A model generated the notes under the pieces. That model did no database searches and was not told the origin of the DNA. It saw only the letters and a program-made list of their open reading frames with translations. The translations under genes were made by a program, and so were the position numbers. This document shows, piece after piece, positions 33,580 through 43,942 of a DNA stretch of 48,884 nucleotides. Origin of the DNA: an uncultured bacterium (GTDB lineage Bacteria; Hydrogenedentota; Hydrogenedentia; Hydrogenedentales; JAEUWI01); contig CAXBPH010000009.1 in NCBI GenBank assembly GCA_963977445.1, forward strand, positions 1 through 48,884, read 5' to 3'. Position 1 is the stretch's first letter. Each line of letters begins with the position of its first letter.

Positions 33580-36333
33580 ATGTTGCGATTTCAGTTACGT
33601 TGGTTTTCTATAGTTCTATTGACACTGCTCATTGCGGGATGTCCGCTGCTCAATATCGGAAACAACACCTTCACGAGCGCCGACCTATCCAATGACCGAT
33701 TTGTGGGCGACGGACCCGTAGCTGCCGGTGCGGAGAATGATGGCGCAACCGATGGGGGCGGGGGCGTGCCCCGGGTGGTCGTGGAGCCTGACGTTATCCG
33801 ACGGAACGGGGCGCTTCTTTACATTCTGAACCAGTTTCGTGGCTTGAGCATTGTGGATTTGAATTCGGATGCCCTGCTGGTTCAGGTGCCGATTAGCGGT
33901 ATTCCCCGTGACCTCTATTTTGTCGACAACACGGCCTATGTATTGGTAGGCAATGGGCGAAGCGTTGACGTTGCGGGCGATGCGATTGAAATTACCACCG
34001 CATCCCGTCTGATAGCCGTTGATGTCACGGAGCCTTCCGTGGCTTCCATTCAATCAGAAATTTCCCTGACTGGCGACCTGGTAGATAGCCGACAGGTGGG
34101 TGAAATTCTCTACGCCGTCACCGCAGATTACGGCTATGGATACTACGGTGAGGTTGATGGCGGGCGCAGCGCAGATTCGACATCGGGCACCACCACGGTA
34201 ACCAGTGTGAATCTTTCCGCCCCAACCGCCCTGGCTACGGTAGATTCCCTGGAATTCAGCGGTACCGGTCATGTAGTCCACGTAAACAACGAAGCGGCTT
34301 TCATCGCGACGAACAACTGGAATGCCAACAGCACGTCGATTGTCTACCTGGATATTTCCGACCCGTCGGGAACGATTCGCGAGGTAGGGACGATGGCCGT
34401 CCGTGGCTATATTGCCGATGCATTCAAGATGGACGCCTGGAACGGAGCGCTGCGGGTCGTGTCATCGGAATGGCAAGGTACCAATCAAGTCTTCGTGAGT
34501 ACCTTCGATTTGGCCGACCCCACCTTGACGCGATTGGCGGAACGACGTATTGAAGGGGCCGAAGGAGAAAGTCTGTTTGCAACCCGATTCGACGGTCCTC
34601 GGGCTTACGTAGTGACCTTTCTTGTTGTCGATCCCCTCTTTGTTCTGGATTTGAGCGATCCCGTCAATCCGGTCGTGCTGGGTGCCTTGGAGGTGCCGGG
34701 TTACTCGACCCATATTGAGGCACGGGGCGACCGTCTCATCGCCCTGGGCGTGGATACGGACAACGGTCGACAAATCACCATGAGTATTTTCGACGTTTCG
34801 ACCGCAGGGGCACCGACCCTCCTTGACCGCGTGAATTTTGGCGGGGACTGGTCCTGGTCGAACGCCTACGGCGACGTTAAATCCCTGACCATTCTGGATG
34901 ATGCTATTATTGTCCCCTTTTCCGGATGGAATGGCGGGAATGGTCAAGGTTTTGACCGGCTCCAGTTTATTGCCTACACGGGCGATACGCTGGACCTTCG
35001 GGGCACGGTGGATTTGCAGGGTAGTATACTTCGTTCCTTCGAGTATGACCGTCGTTTCTACGGCGTGACCACCGAGCAACTTGCCCGTATCGACGGGACG
35101 ACGCTGGATACCCTGGCCGTGGAAGCTACCGTGACCCTCGCGGAAAACCTGGTTGACTATCTGCCCGTATCTTCCGAGCTTTCGATAGAATTAATCTCCC
35201 CATCGAATGGCGACCAGCTCGTCATTCGAACGGTGGATGGGGGTGGGGGCACGCGCGGAGAGCTCCGTGTCGATAGCGGCTATTACCAGAACGCCTGGCT
35301 GTACGACGATACGCTGGTTGTTGTCGGCATCGTCTGGTCTGAGCAAGGGGGCTATCGGGTCAATTTGATAGACCTGAGCCAGCCCGATGCTCCCGTGCTG
35401 GCGGCCACGGTACCGGTGAAGGTGGATCCCTACTATGCCTATTATGGCTTTGATATCTACAGCGACGTCGGATTTCCGGAAGACGGTATTGCCGCGAAGG
35501 ACATCATTGGCTACCCCTATTACTACGGTGCTGCCGAAGACGCGGCCTTCCTGGTGGGTGACACGCTCGTCTTGCGATGCTTTGCATCCCGCTTTGACCG
35601 GGTGATCGGCACCGCAAACGCCTATCAGGGGCTGGCGTTGGTAAATCTTAAAACCGCCACGTGGACAAAGACCATCGGGTTGGGTGCGGAGAGTATCGTT
35701 TCCCTCAACGCGCGAGCGGATCGGTTGTATCTGAGCACAAAAAAATCTGCCGGAAATTCGTTGTTCAATCCGAAGGCGGCCTACTACATTCAGGAAATTG
35801 ATATTCTGAATGACCGAGAAGGAACGCCCGCGAATGTGCCCGGTGCCTTCGTGGACTATGATGGCGAAAGCGATTTATTGACGTTGCTCGACCATCAGTG
35901 GGGACTAAACGGGTCATTGACCACGAGTCTGGAGACGGTAAGGTGGAACGGTGATGGCCCGGTAAATGTCGCGGATAGTCTGGTTTTACCCGCGGGAAGT
36001 TACGGACATCGTGCCACTGATTCTCGTGTGTACGTTGAACAATACAATGAGGGCGGTCAGCTGTATCAGGTTTCTGTGTCGGCGTCGGGTGCGCTCTCTC
36101 TGGGCAAGGCACTTCAATACGGTTCCTATTATGGCTCCTTGATAGCCGTCGCGGGGGACCATGCCTTCGTGAATATTGGGGGAAGTGCGATTGCCCACTA
36201 TGTGTTCTCCGGAGGGAATGGCATGCTGGAAAGTTATGTCGAAGTGGCGGGATACCCGACGACGGTGCGTACTACCGGCGACATTGCCTTTTTTCCCGCC
36301 GGTTATTTCGGCCTGATTGCTGTGCCCTATTAG
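33580..36333 (+). CDS. Lipoprotein with a beta-propeller domain (Beta_propel-like)
   Basis: Lipobox LIAGC, VVEPDVI, FKMD...LRV and GESLFATRFDG.RAYVVTFLVVDPLFVLDLSDP..P..LGALEVPGYS. Confidence 0.85.
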   Translation: MLRFQLRWFSIVLLTLLIAGCPLLNIGNNTFTSADLSNDRFVGDGPVAAGAENDGATDGGGGVPRVVVEPDVIRRNGALLYILNQFRGLSIVDLNSDALLVQVPISGIPRDLYFVDNTAYVLVGNGRSVDVAGDAIEITTASRLIAVDVTEPSVASIQSEISLTGDLVDSRQVGEILYAVTADYGYGYYGEVDGGRSADSTSGTTTVTSVNLSAPTALATVDSLEFSGTGHVVHVNNEAAFIATNNWNANSTSIVYLDISDPSGTIREVGTMAVRGYIADAFKMDAWNGALRVVSSEWQGTNQVFVSTFDLADPTLTRLAERRIEGAEGESLFATRFDGPRAYVVTFLVVDPLFVLDLSDPVNPVVLGALEVPGYSTHIEARGDRLIALGVDTDNGRQITMSIFDVSTAGAPTLLDRVNFGGDWSWSNAYGDVKSLTILDDAIIVPFSGWNGGNGQGFDRLQFIAYTGDTLDLRGTVDLQGSILRSFEYDRRFYGVTTEQLARIDGTTLDTLAVEATVTLAENLVDYLPVSSELSIELISPSNGDQLVIRTVDGGGGTRGELRVDSGYYQNAWLYDDTLVVVGIVWSEQGGYRVNLIDLSQPDAPVLAATVPVKVDPYYAYYGFDIYSDVGFPEDGIAAKDIIGYPYYYGAAEDAAFLVGDTLVLRCFASRFDRVIGTANAYQGLALVNLKTATWTKTIGLGAESIVSLNARADRLYLSTKKSAGNSLFNPKAAYYIQEIDILNDREGTPANVPGAFVDYDGESDLLTLLDHQWGLNGSLTTSLETVRWNGDGPVNVADSLVLPAGSYGHRATDSRVYVEQYNEGGQLYQVSVSASGALSLGKALQYGSYYGSLIAVAGDHAFVNIGGSAIAHYVFSGGNGMLESYVEVAGYPTTVRTTGDIAFFPAGYFGLIAVPY

Positions 36334-36526
36334 CACCACAATTCGCTTGTTTTTTCTTCCTTGGGGGGGGAGCGGTTCACTGCGTTCCGATAGCGGTGTA
36401 GTCCCAAACGATTTGGACTGCATCTGGCCCGTGTGTTAGGGTCTTTGGGGGAGATCTCGGCAACGTTACAACTGGCCGCGCAGTGCACGCGGAGTTACTT
36501 CGGGACGCGTATCGAGGAACAAAAGT

Positions 36527-39343
36527 ATGGGATCCAGCGAGGGTTCATGGTCTGGGACTACATCGGTGGGAACATCGCTGCAGCTAATTACTGCGGGGAT
36601 CGTCGCGGTTGCGCTCATGCTCACACTGGGTATCGGCTATGTGACGACCGTCGCCGCCATGGAGCAGGAATCCCTGCGTGCGTTGCAGCATCTCATGGAA
36701 AGTCGATCGAGCGCCGACAGTTCCCAGTTCTTTCAGGCCGAAGACAATGTGCATCGACTTAAAGAACGATTGCTGGAGTCGCTCTCCGAGATAGACGATG
36801 ATTTCGCGGAGGCCGAATTTCATCGGCTCTTCCAGCCCTCGGAAGATGGACTCTGGCGGGTACGTCCCGCATTCGATGATTTTGCCCGTCTCCCCTCGCT
36901 CTATCTGCAACAGGATGCCCCGTTGACGCTCTCGCTATATAAACGGGCGGTCGTAAGCTATCAGCTTTTGGCTGAGCGGGGCCCCGCCATTGTGCCACCC
37001 TATTACTCGGTCTACATGGATTTTGTAGAGCGGGGATTGATGGTCTATTCGCCCTATGTGAACTGGGGCGCGGGTGCCACACGGGAAACAGACAACTACA
37101 ATTATCCCACCATGATTGGCTCCATGCCGGCGAACAATCCGGAACGGAAAAAATTCTGGACACCCGTATATTTCGATGAAGAAGCCGCCGTTTGGATGGT
37201 TTCCGTCATCGAGCCCCTGGATGTGGCGGGGGAGTGGGTGGGAACCGTGGGGCACGACGTCAAGATAGACTCCTTGATGAAGAGCAACCTCGCAGAGATT
37301 ATTGAGGGCACCTACAACATTATTCTGAGCCGGGAGGGCCAACTGATCGTACACCCGGATTTTACTGATCGTATTCAGGAGGCGAAGGGTGATCTGTCCC
37401 TCTCCACTCTGAATGACCCCGTATTGAGCCGCGTGTCGGAGATTGCTCAGGGGCTAACGGACTTTCCAACGATTGGTGAAGATCCGCTGGACCCTCAATG
37501 GTATGGTATCGCCAAAATTGATGGCCCGGATTGGTTTCTGGTTACGGTCTATCCAGAGCGCCTCGTTTTTCGGCGGGCTTTTCAAGCGTTGATACTGCCC
37601 ATATCCATCGGGCTCATCATATTGGTCATTGCGTTGGTCCTCATGAATCTAGCGGTTCGCCGCTCCATATTGCGTCCCCTCCAATTCATGGATGACGCCG
37701 TATATAACATGACGCAGGGCGTGCGCGCGGGTACAATTCCTATCGAGACAGACGACGAGTTTGGCCGGCTCGCGCGGTCTTTTGAGTCCATGTCGGAGCG
37801 ATTAGAGCGACGGGAGCAATCCCTTGAAGCGTCCCACCGGGACTGGGAACGTACGTTTGATACGGTCCCGGAAATGATCGCCATGTTGGATTGTGACACC
37901 CGCATCAAGCAGGCCAACAAGACCTTTCTGGAACGGCATGAGACCGACGCGGAAGGGTGCATTGACCGCAAGAGAATGTCCTTGCTTCACGACGGCGACG
38001 GGCCCGGGCTGAAAGAATGTCTGGCGCTGCTGCTGGCAACGCAGCGCCCCCAACATCTGGAGTTGCGCTTCGAAACAATTTCAGGCCACTTCGATATCAC
38101 GTTGGCACCCATGTTTGATGATAGTGGTGCGCTGGTTGGCATCGTGGAAGTCTCACGGGACATAACCGAGCAAATACATTTGGAAGAGCAGTTGCGTCAC
38201 GCGCAAAAAATGGATGCGGTTGGTCAACTTGCCGGAGGTATTGCTCACGATTTCAACAATTTATTGCAGGTGATACTGGGCTATACCGAGGGACTCCTCA
38301 TCGATCTGAAGCCGGAAGAAACTGGTTTCGAAGAATTGACCGAGACGCAGAAGGCGGCTGAGCGGGCCGCGGCCCTAACGCGACAGCTACTCGCGTTCAG
38401 TCGCAGACAGGTCATCGTGACGAAGTCGCAGGACTTGAATGAAATTGTGTCCGGAACGGTCAATATGGTCCGTCGACTCATCGGAGAGCATATCGATCTG
38501 TACTACATTCCGGCCCCGGAGGCGGCCATTGCCGATGTCGATCAAAATCAGATCGAGCAAGTGATTCTTAATTTGTGTATCAATAGTCGGGACGCCATGC
38601 CCGATGGCGGCGTACTTACCATCGAGTTGAAGACGATTTTTCTCGACGCAACGTTGGATCCCGTCCGGGGCGACCTCAAGTCGGGAGAATATGTACAGCT
38701 GATTGTTACGGACTCAGGAACGGGCATCCCTCCGGAGATTCAGGATCATATATTCGAACCATTTTTTACCACGAAGGAAACGAATAAAGGTACGGGACTT
38801 GGGCTCGCGACGGTTTACGGCATCGTACGACAACACGACGGCAGTATCGAACTTTACTCCGAGCCCGACCGGGGGACGACCTTCCGGGTATTTCTTCCCG
38901 TGTCTCCGGGGGCGGTGGGGACGGGCCTCAAAGACGTGGAGGTTGCGGTGTCTGGTGGCGATGAATGCATTTTAGTCGCGGAAGACGATGAGCAGATTCA
39001 ATTGCTTGTGAAGAAGGTCTTGAAATCTGCGGGCTACACCGTATTGGTGGCGCGGGATGGGGAGGAGGCGTTGAAAATTTACGAGTCCCATGGTTCCAAA
39101 ATCGATCTTCTTTTGCTGGATGTAATTATGCCCAAAATTAATGGAAAAGTGGTGTTGGAACGCATTCAGGAAGTCCGTCCAGACGTGCCCTGCCTGTTTG
39201 CCAGTGGCTACAGTCAAAATGCCCTTCACAACAATTTTAAACTACAGGCGGGTCTGAACCTGATTGAAAAGCCCTATAGACGCACCGACCTGCTGCAGAA
39301 AGTAAGGCGGGTACTCGAACAGCGAAATGGGGAGACGTCGTGA
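36527..39343 (+). CDS. Hybrid sensor histidine kinase (Cache-HAMP-PAS-HisKA-HATPase-REC)
   Basis: Two TMs around a Cache-like domain, GIAHDFNNLL (H box), NSRDAM, FEPFFTTK..KGTGLGL, and receiver LLDVIMP...KP. Confidence 0.95.
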   Translation: MGSSEGSWSGTTSVGTSLQLITAGIVAVALMLTLGIGYVTTVAAMEQESLRALQHLMESRSSADSSQFFQAEDNVHRLKERLLESLSEIDDDFAEAEFHRLFQPSEDGLWRVRPAFDDFARLPSLYLQQDAPLTLSLYKRAVVSYQLLAERGPAIVPPYYSVYMDFVERGLMVYSPYVNWGAGATRETDNYNYPTMIGSMPANNPERKKFWTPVYFDEEAAVWMVSVIEPLDVAGEWVGTVGHDVKIDSLMKSNLAEIIEGTYNIILSREGQLIVHPDFTDRIQEAKGDLSLSTLNDPVLSRVSEIAQGLTDFPTIGEDPLDPQWYGIAKIDGPDWFLVTVYPERLVFRRAFQALILPISIGLIILVIALVLMNLAVRRSILRPLQFMDDAVYNMTQGVRAGTIPIETDDEFGRLARSFESMSERLERREQSLEASHRDWERTFDTVPEMIAMLDCDTRIKQANKTFLERHETDAEGCIDRKRMSLLHDGDGPGLKECLALLLATQRPQHLELRFETISGHFDITLAPMFDDSGALVGIVEVSRDITEQIHLEEQLRHAQKMDAVGQLAGGIAHDFNNLLQVILGYTEGLLIDLKPEETGFEELTETQKAAERAAALTRQLLAFSRRQVIVTKSQDLNEIVSGTVNMVRRLIGEHIDLYYIPAPEAAIADVDQNQIEQVILNLCINSRDAMPDGGVLTIELKTIFLDATLDPVRGDLKSGEYVQLIVTDSGTGIPPEIQDHIFEPFFTTKETNKGTGLGLATVYGIVRQHDGSIELYSEPDRGTTFRVFLPVSPGAVGTGLKDVEVAVSGGDECILVAEDDEQIQLLVKKVLKSAGYTVLVARDGEEALKIYESHGSKIDLLLLDVIMPKINGKVVLERIQEVRPDVPCLFASGYSQNALHNNFKLQAGLNLIEKPYRRTDLLQKVRRVLEQRNGETS

Positions 39344-39385
39344 GGTGCAGTCGGGCAAATTGGCACCGCTTGCAGATGCTTCAAC

Positions 39386-39430
39386 TTGACACCGTACGCC
39401 CATTTCTGCTATTAATAACCATTATTAATA
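39386..39430 (+). promoter_or_regulatory. Promoter overlapped by a Fur/PerR-box-like operator
   Basis: TTGACA at 39386 and TGnTATTAA at about 39407-39415. Perfect inverted repeat TATTAATAA-CCA-TTATTAATA (39410-39430). Confidence 0.65.
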
Positions 39431-39444
39431 AGTAAGGAAATGCT

Positions 39445-39831
39445 GTGAACTCGCCCGTACAACGTATGACCCGCCAGCGGTCCGTAATTCTGGAGCAATT
39501 GCAACAGATGCGCACCCATCCAACGGCAGATGAGTTGTATGTTGCTGTTCGCCGCCAACTGCCCAATGTCAGTTTGGGCACCATTTATCGGAATCTTGAC
39601 GTACTGGCCCGATCGGGGTGTGTGCATAAGCTGGATTCAAGTGGTGGCCAGGCTCGATTTGATGCGGAATTGTCACCCCATCACCATGTGCGGTGTCGCG
39701 ATTGCGGCCGAATCGATGACGTGGCGATCACTCCGGAAATGACCATCCACCCGCCGAAAATAAGTATGCGGGGCTTTGAAATTGAAGATTATCGGGTTGA
39801 GTTTGAGGGGCGCTGTCCGGATTGCCGATAG
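39445..39831 (+). CDS. Fur family transcriptional repressor (PerR-like)
   Basis: RMTRQR..IL, HPTADELY, SLGTIYRNL, HHHVRCRDCG and C-terminal CPDC. Confidence 0.93.
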   Translation: MNSPVQRMTRQRSVILEQLQQMRTHPTADELYVAVRRQLPNVSLGTIYRNLDVLARSGCVHKLDSSGGQARFDAELSPHHHVRCRDCGRIDDVAITPEMTIHPPKISMRGFEIEDYRVEFEGRCPDCR

Positions 39832-39886
39832 CAGATCTGCGTAACGTAAAACACACCCATACACACCACACTGGAAAGTGATATTC

Positions 39887-40399
39887 ATGATTAGTCAGGC
39901 CATGCAAGACGCCTTTAATAAACAGATTAACGAAGAGCTATTCAGTGCATACCTGTATGCATCCATGGCCAATTATTTCGAAGACAAAAGCCTGAAAGGC
40001 TTTGCCCATTGGATGCGCCTCCAGTCCGAAGAGGAATTGGTACACACCCGTCGTATCGTTACGTTCATGAATGATCGTGGTGGTCGCGTACTCCTGGCCG
40101 CCGTCGCGGCGCCCCAAAGTGAGTGGGAGACACCGCTGTCGGTCTTCGAAGCAGCCTACGCCCATGAATGCCATATCAGCGGTTGTATCAATGCCCTTTC
40201 CACAAAGGCCATCGAAGAGAAGGACCACGCCAGTCATGCATTCCTGGAATGGTTCGTTACTGAACAGGTCGAAGAAGAGTCCAATGCGGACGAGATTGTT
40301 CAGCAGCTCAAGTTGATGGAAGGCGCGCCCGGCGGTCTGTTTTTGATGGATCGTGAGTTGGCCCAGCGTACCGCCGGCCCGGATACAACCAGCGCATAA
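39887..40399 (+). CDS. ftnA: Non-heme ferritin
   Basis: NKQINEELFSAYLY, QSEEELVH, HE and FLEWFVTEQVEEE ferroxidase residues. Confidence 0.95.
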   Translation: MISQAMQDAFNKQINEELFSAYLYASMANYFEDKSLKGFAHWMRLQSEEELVHTRRIVTFMNDRGGRVLLAAVAAPQSEWETPLSVFEAAYAHECHISGCINALSTKAIEEKDHASHAFLEWFVTEQVEEESNADEIVQQLKLMEGAPGGLFLMDRELAQRTAGPDTTSA

Positions 40400-40581
40400 T
40401 AACTATCTGACGACGATTCTCTTCGGGGGAGAATCGTATCTTTCGGTCATAGAGGTTTGTTAATTCGGGGCGCGCCTGTGACCAGATCAAACCATTACCA
40501 ACGCCCGTGCTGCACCCAGCGAAGGCATAGACACCACGACTGTATTTTTGCAACGAAAACAAACCTGAGGAAATTAAGTAA

Positions 40582-41175
40582 ATGAGCGTCCAAGTCACCC
40601 AGCCCGCACCAGATTTCACGGCGACTGCCGTCATGGCCGATAACAGCTTCAACGAAGACTACAGCCTCTCTGCTCTGCAGGGTAAGTATGTAGTTCTCTT
40701 CTTCTATCCCCTCGACTTCACCTTCGTATGCCCTTCGGAAATCATCGCTTTTGACAAGAAGCTCGCCGAATTCCAGAGCCGCAATTGTGAGGTTGTGGGT
40801 GTGTCCGTCGATTCTCATTTCTCCCACTGGGCGTGGAAGAATACCCCCGTGGAAAAAGGGGGCATCGGCAACATACAGTATCCCCTCGTCGCTGACCTCA
40901 CCAAGCAGATTGCCCGCGACTATGGCGTCCTGGTGAACGAGTCCATCGCCCTCCGTGGCCTGTTCCTCATCGACAAAGAAGGCGTCGTGCAACACGCCCT
41001 CGTTAACAACCTTCCCCTGGGACGTAATGTGGACGAGGCGATTCGTGTCCTCGATGCCCTTCAGTTCACCGAAGCCCATGGCGAAGTTTGCCCGGCCAAC
41101 TGGAACAAGGGTGATGAAGCCATGAAGCCTTCCGCCGAAGGTGTGGCCGAATACCTCGGCAAGCGCGCTTCCTGA
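40582..41175 (+). CDS. ahpC: 2-Cys peroxiredoxin (AhpC/TSA)
   Basis: FFYPLDFTFVCPSE and GEVCPANW motifs. Confidence 0.96.
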   Translation: MSVQVTQPAPDFTATAVMADNSFNEDYSLSALQGKYVVLFFYPLDFTFVCPSEIIAFDKKLAEFQSRNCEVVGVSVDSHFSHWAWKNTPVEKGGIGNIQYPLVADLTKQIARDYGVLVNESIALRGLFLIDKEGVVQHALVNNLPLGRNVDEAIRVLDALQFTEAHGEVCPANWNKGDEAMKPSAEGVAEYLGKRAS

Positions 41176-41191
41176 GCAGCAACTACCGATT

Positions 41192-41234
41192 AAAAAAACG
41201 CGCCGTGATTGAGTAATCAATCACGGCGCGTTTT
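41192..41234. terminator. Bidirectional intrinsic terminator
   Basis: AAAACGCGCCGTGATTGA-GTAA-TCAATCACGGCGCGTTTT between convergent genes. Confidence 0.85.
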
Positions 41235-41248
41235 ACTTAATGTCGGGG

Positions 41249-42487
41249 TCACGGAGTGCCGCAGGTCTGCTCCACTTCGATAATCACACCACGCAGTTCC
41301 AAGGTTGGAATGGCGCTGCACAGGGACACGGAATCCAGAGGATTGCCCGTAAGGCGAATGACATCATTGTTTCCCAGTCCTTCATTGAGTACGAGGGGGG
41401 AGAGGGAAGAGATCTGATTCATTTGCAGGGTCAGGATTTCGAGCTGGTTCAAGGGGGTGAGCGGCGCTACATCGATGATGCCGTTCGCCGAGAGTTGAAG
41501 TTCCCGGAGATTTATCAGGCGTCCAATGGGCTCAATATTCTCAAGCTGGCATTCGAAGAGTATCAGTGATTCCAACGCAATCAGGTTTCTGATGGCCCGC
41601 AGATCATAGATATCCGTAGCGGCGAGGTCGAGAAAGGTCAGTTTCGCGAGGGAACTCAACGCGGCGAGACCATTACCATTACCCTCGCCGTCCACCACAT
41701 CGCTCTGTCGAATGCCGGTAAAGGCCAGGGAAAGCTCCACCAACGCACGAAGCTGATCAACGGTGCGAATATCCGCCAGCTCGCTGTTTCGTTCCAGATT
41801 GAGCAATTCCAGTTTCAAGAGACTCGCGAGGGGGCGAATGTCCTCGATATGGTTGATACCCAGGTCCAGTTCCCGGAGGGTCGTCAATCCATTGAGTGGG
41901 GTCAAATTGGCAATATTGTTATTACGCAGGTTCAGGGCACGCAAGGCCCCCATGGTGGCGAGGGGGCTGATGTCGGCAATGTTGTTGCTCTCAAGATAGA
42001 GTTGCTGAAGATTTATGGCCTTATCCAGCCCGGCCAGGTTGGTTATTCCCGATTCGCTGCCATCAAAGGTGCGCAGGCCTTCCAGATCACCCACGCGGAT
42101 ACTGCCCAGAGGACGTTTCAGGGTGACCCGAAGCGCCGCATCCAGACGGGTATCCGGAAAGCGGATCACTTCCCGCACCGTGATCAGGTTTTCCACCACG
42201 ATATCATCGGTGCCCCAAGGCGTTTCCACTTCCAATCGGACGGTGTAAACGCCTCGTTTGGTATAGGTGTGGACCGGATTAATAGCGGTACTTACATTGC
42301 CATCGCCAAAATCCCATCGCCAGTGATTGATCGGCTGGCCGCCATCATTGCTCACATCGTGAAAGGTCACCTCCAGTGGGAGATCGCCGTCCGTAATCGA
42401 GGCGTCAAGTTTCGCGATGGGCAGGTAAAACTGGCAGCCGGATGAGAGCGTAAGCAGGCTCATCAGCAAGATACCGTAGACGCGCAT
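41249..42487 (-). CDS. Lipoprotein with a PKD domain and internalin-like leucine-rich repeats
   Basis: Lipobox LSSGC, WDFGDG...NPVHTY...G.YTV.L (PKD) and repeated L..L.L..N.I.DI.PL units. Start placed at MRVYGIL. Confidence 0.88.
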   Translation of the reverse strand: MRVYGILLMSLLTLSSGCQFYLPIAKLDASITDGDLPLEVTFHDVSNDGGQPINHWRWDFGDGNVSTAINPVHTYTKRGVYTVRLEVETPWGTDDIVVENLITVREVIRFPDTRLDAALRVTLKRPLGSIRVGDLEGLRTFDGSESGITNLAGLDKAINLQQLYLESNNIADISPLATMGALRALNLRNNNIANLTPLNGLTTLRELDLGINHIEDIRPLASLLKLELLNLERNSELADIRTVDQLRALVELSLAFTGIRQSDVVDGEGNGNGLAALSSLAKLTFLDLAATDIYDLRAIRNLIALESLILFECQLENIEPIGRLINLRELQLSANGIIDVAPLTPLNQLEILTLQMNQISSLSPLVLNEGLGNNDVIRLTGNPLDSVSLCSAIPTLELRGVIIEVEQTCGTP

Positions 42488-42644
42488 AGATAAGAAATCC
42501 TTTTGGGAGTCGATTATATGTCTTGATGCCGCCCTCGGTTGGCACGAATTGGCCAAAGGCGTTCGAGGGTGCGTCCCTAGTATAGGTATTTTGCCGAATG
42601 ATGTCATCTTTGTTCGCAGTGGGGGCACTTCGGTGGCAAAATGG

Positions 42645-42700
42645 TTGACAAGAATCCAAGGTCTTGTCACAATGAGAATGCTAACCTACCGATAGGTAGG
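42645..42700 (+). promoter_or_regulatory. Promoter with two palindromic operator candidates upstream of the acyl-CoA catabolic operon
   Basis: TTGACA (42645), 17-nt spacer, CACAAT (42668). Inverted repeats TGACAAGA-N8-TCTTGTCA (42646-42669) and CCTACC-GATA-GGTAGG (42685-42700). Confidence 0.55.
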
Positions 42701-42736
42701 CGGGGTTCGTAGCCCTTGCAGGAGGAGAGGTGGGTC

Positions 42737-43876
42737 ATGGATTTTTCATTGCCAGATGAGTTGATCATGTTACGTGACGCTGCCCGAGATTTTTCGGATA
42801 GGGAAGTGGCACCCTGCGCCCAGGATTGGGAGCGGGCCGGCCGATTTCCCGATGAAATGGTCCAAAAGCTTGGAGAGCAGGGGTTTATGGGGATTCTTGT
42901 TCCCGAAGCCTATGGTGGCTCAGGGTGCAATTACCAGGCCTTTGCCACCATTCTGGAAGCGCTTTCCCGACACGACGGGGGCCTTGCCCTGGCGGTCGAG
43001 GCCCACAACGGACTCGCCTGTCAGCATATACTCATCGCGGGCGACGAGGCACAGAAGCAGCGCTACCTGCCGCCCCTCGCGGCCGGGGAGTATCTGGGCA
43101 GTTGGTGCCTTAGCGAGCCCGGCTCGGGTTCCGACGCCATCGCCATGGAATGTACTGCGACACGGGACGGCGATGGGTGGGTCCTCAACGGCGCGAAACA
43201 ATTCATCACCAACGGGGACCGTGCGGGAATCTACGTCGTTATGACGGTTACCGATTCCCAGACCGTGCCCCGGGGTATAACGACTTTCGTGGTGGAACGG
43301 GGTACGCCCGGACTGAGCACGGGCAAGCCCGAAGAAAAACTCGGCATGCGCTCCTCGGACACCGTGGCGGTTATGCTCGATAACGTGCGCGTACCCGATA
43401 GCCACCGTCTCGGCGCGGTAGACCGGGGCTTCGACGATGTAAGAGCCGTTTTGGAACATGGCCGTGTCATGATCTCCGCCCTGTCCCTCGGTTTCGCCCG
43501 GGGTGCCCTGGAGGAATCGGGGCGCTATGCTCGGGAGCGTAAGGCCTTTGGCAAAGAACTTGTCGCCTTCCAACTTATTCAGGAAAAACTGGCCGATATG
43601 GCGACCCAGGTGGAAGCGGGACGGCTTATGGTCTACCATGCAGCCTGGCTGCTCGATCAGGGAACGTGCAGCGTGCAAAAAGCGGCCATGACCAAACTCT
43701 TTACTTCGGAGATGGCCACCAAGGCCTGTATGGAAGCTATTCAGATTCTCGGCGGCTATGGCTATCTTCGCGACTATAACGTGGAGCGATATATGCGCGA
43801 TGCCAAGCTTTGTGAAATCGGTGAAGGCACCAGTGAAGTAATGCGGATTCTTATCGCGAAGGACGTAGGCCTATGA
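42737..43876 (+). CDS. Acyl-CoA dehydrogenase
   Basis: WCLSEPGSGSD, LNGAKQFITNG, KLGMRSSDT, R.AFGK and IQILGGYGY...ERYMRDAK..EIGEGTSE. Confidence 0.96.
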   Translation: MDFSLPDELIMLRDAARDFSDREVAPCAQDWERAGRFPDEMVQKLGEQGFMGILVPEAYGGSGCNYQAFATILEALSRHDGGLALAVEAHNGLACQHILIAGDEAQKQRYLPPLAAGEYLGSWCLSEPGSGSDAIAMECTATRDGDGWVLNGAKQFITNGDRAGIYVVMTVTDSQTVPRGITTFVVERGTPGLSTGKPEEKLGMRSSDTVAVMLDNVRVPDSHRLGAVDRGFDDVRAVLEHGRVMISALSLGFARGALEESGRYARERKAFGKELVAFQLIQEKLADMATQVEAGRLMVYHAAWLLDQGTCSVQKAAMTKLFTSEMATKACMEAIQILGGYGYLRDYNVERYMRDAKLCEIGEGTSEVMRILIAKDVGL

Positions 43877-43942
43877 GCCCGAATGGCACCGAATTACGGA
43901 CAGTACCACACCCTTTGGCCGCGCGTGCCAAGGGGGTGATAC

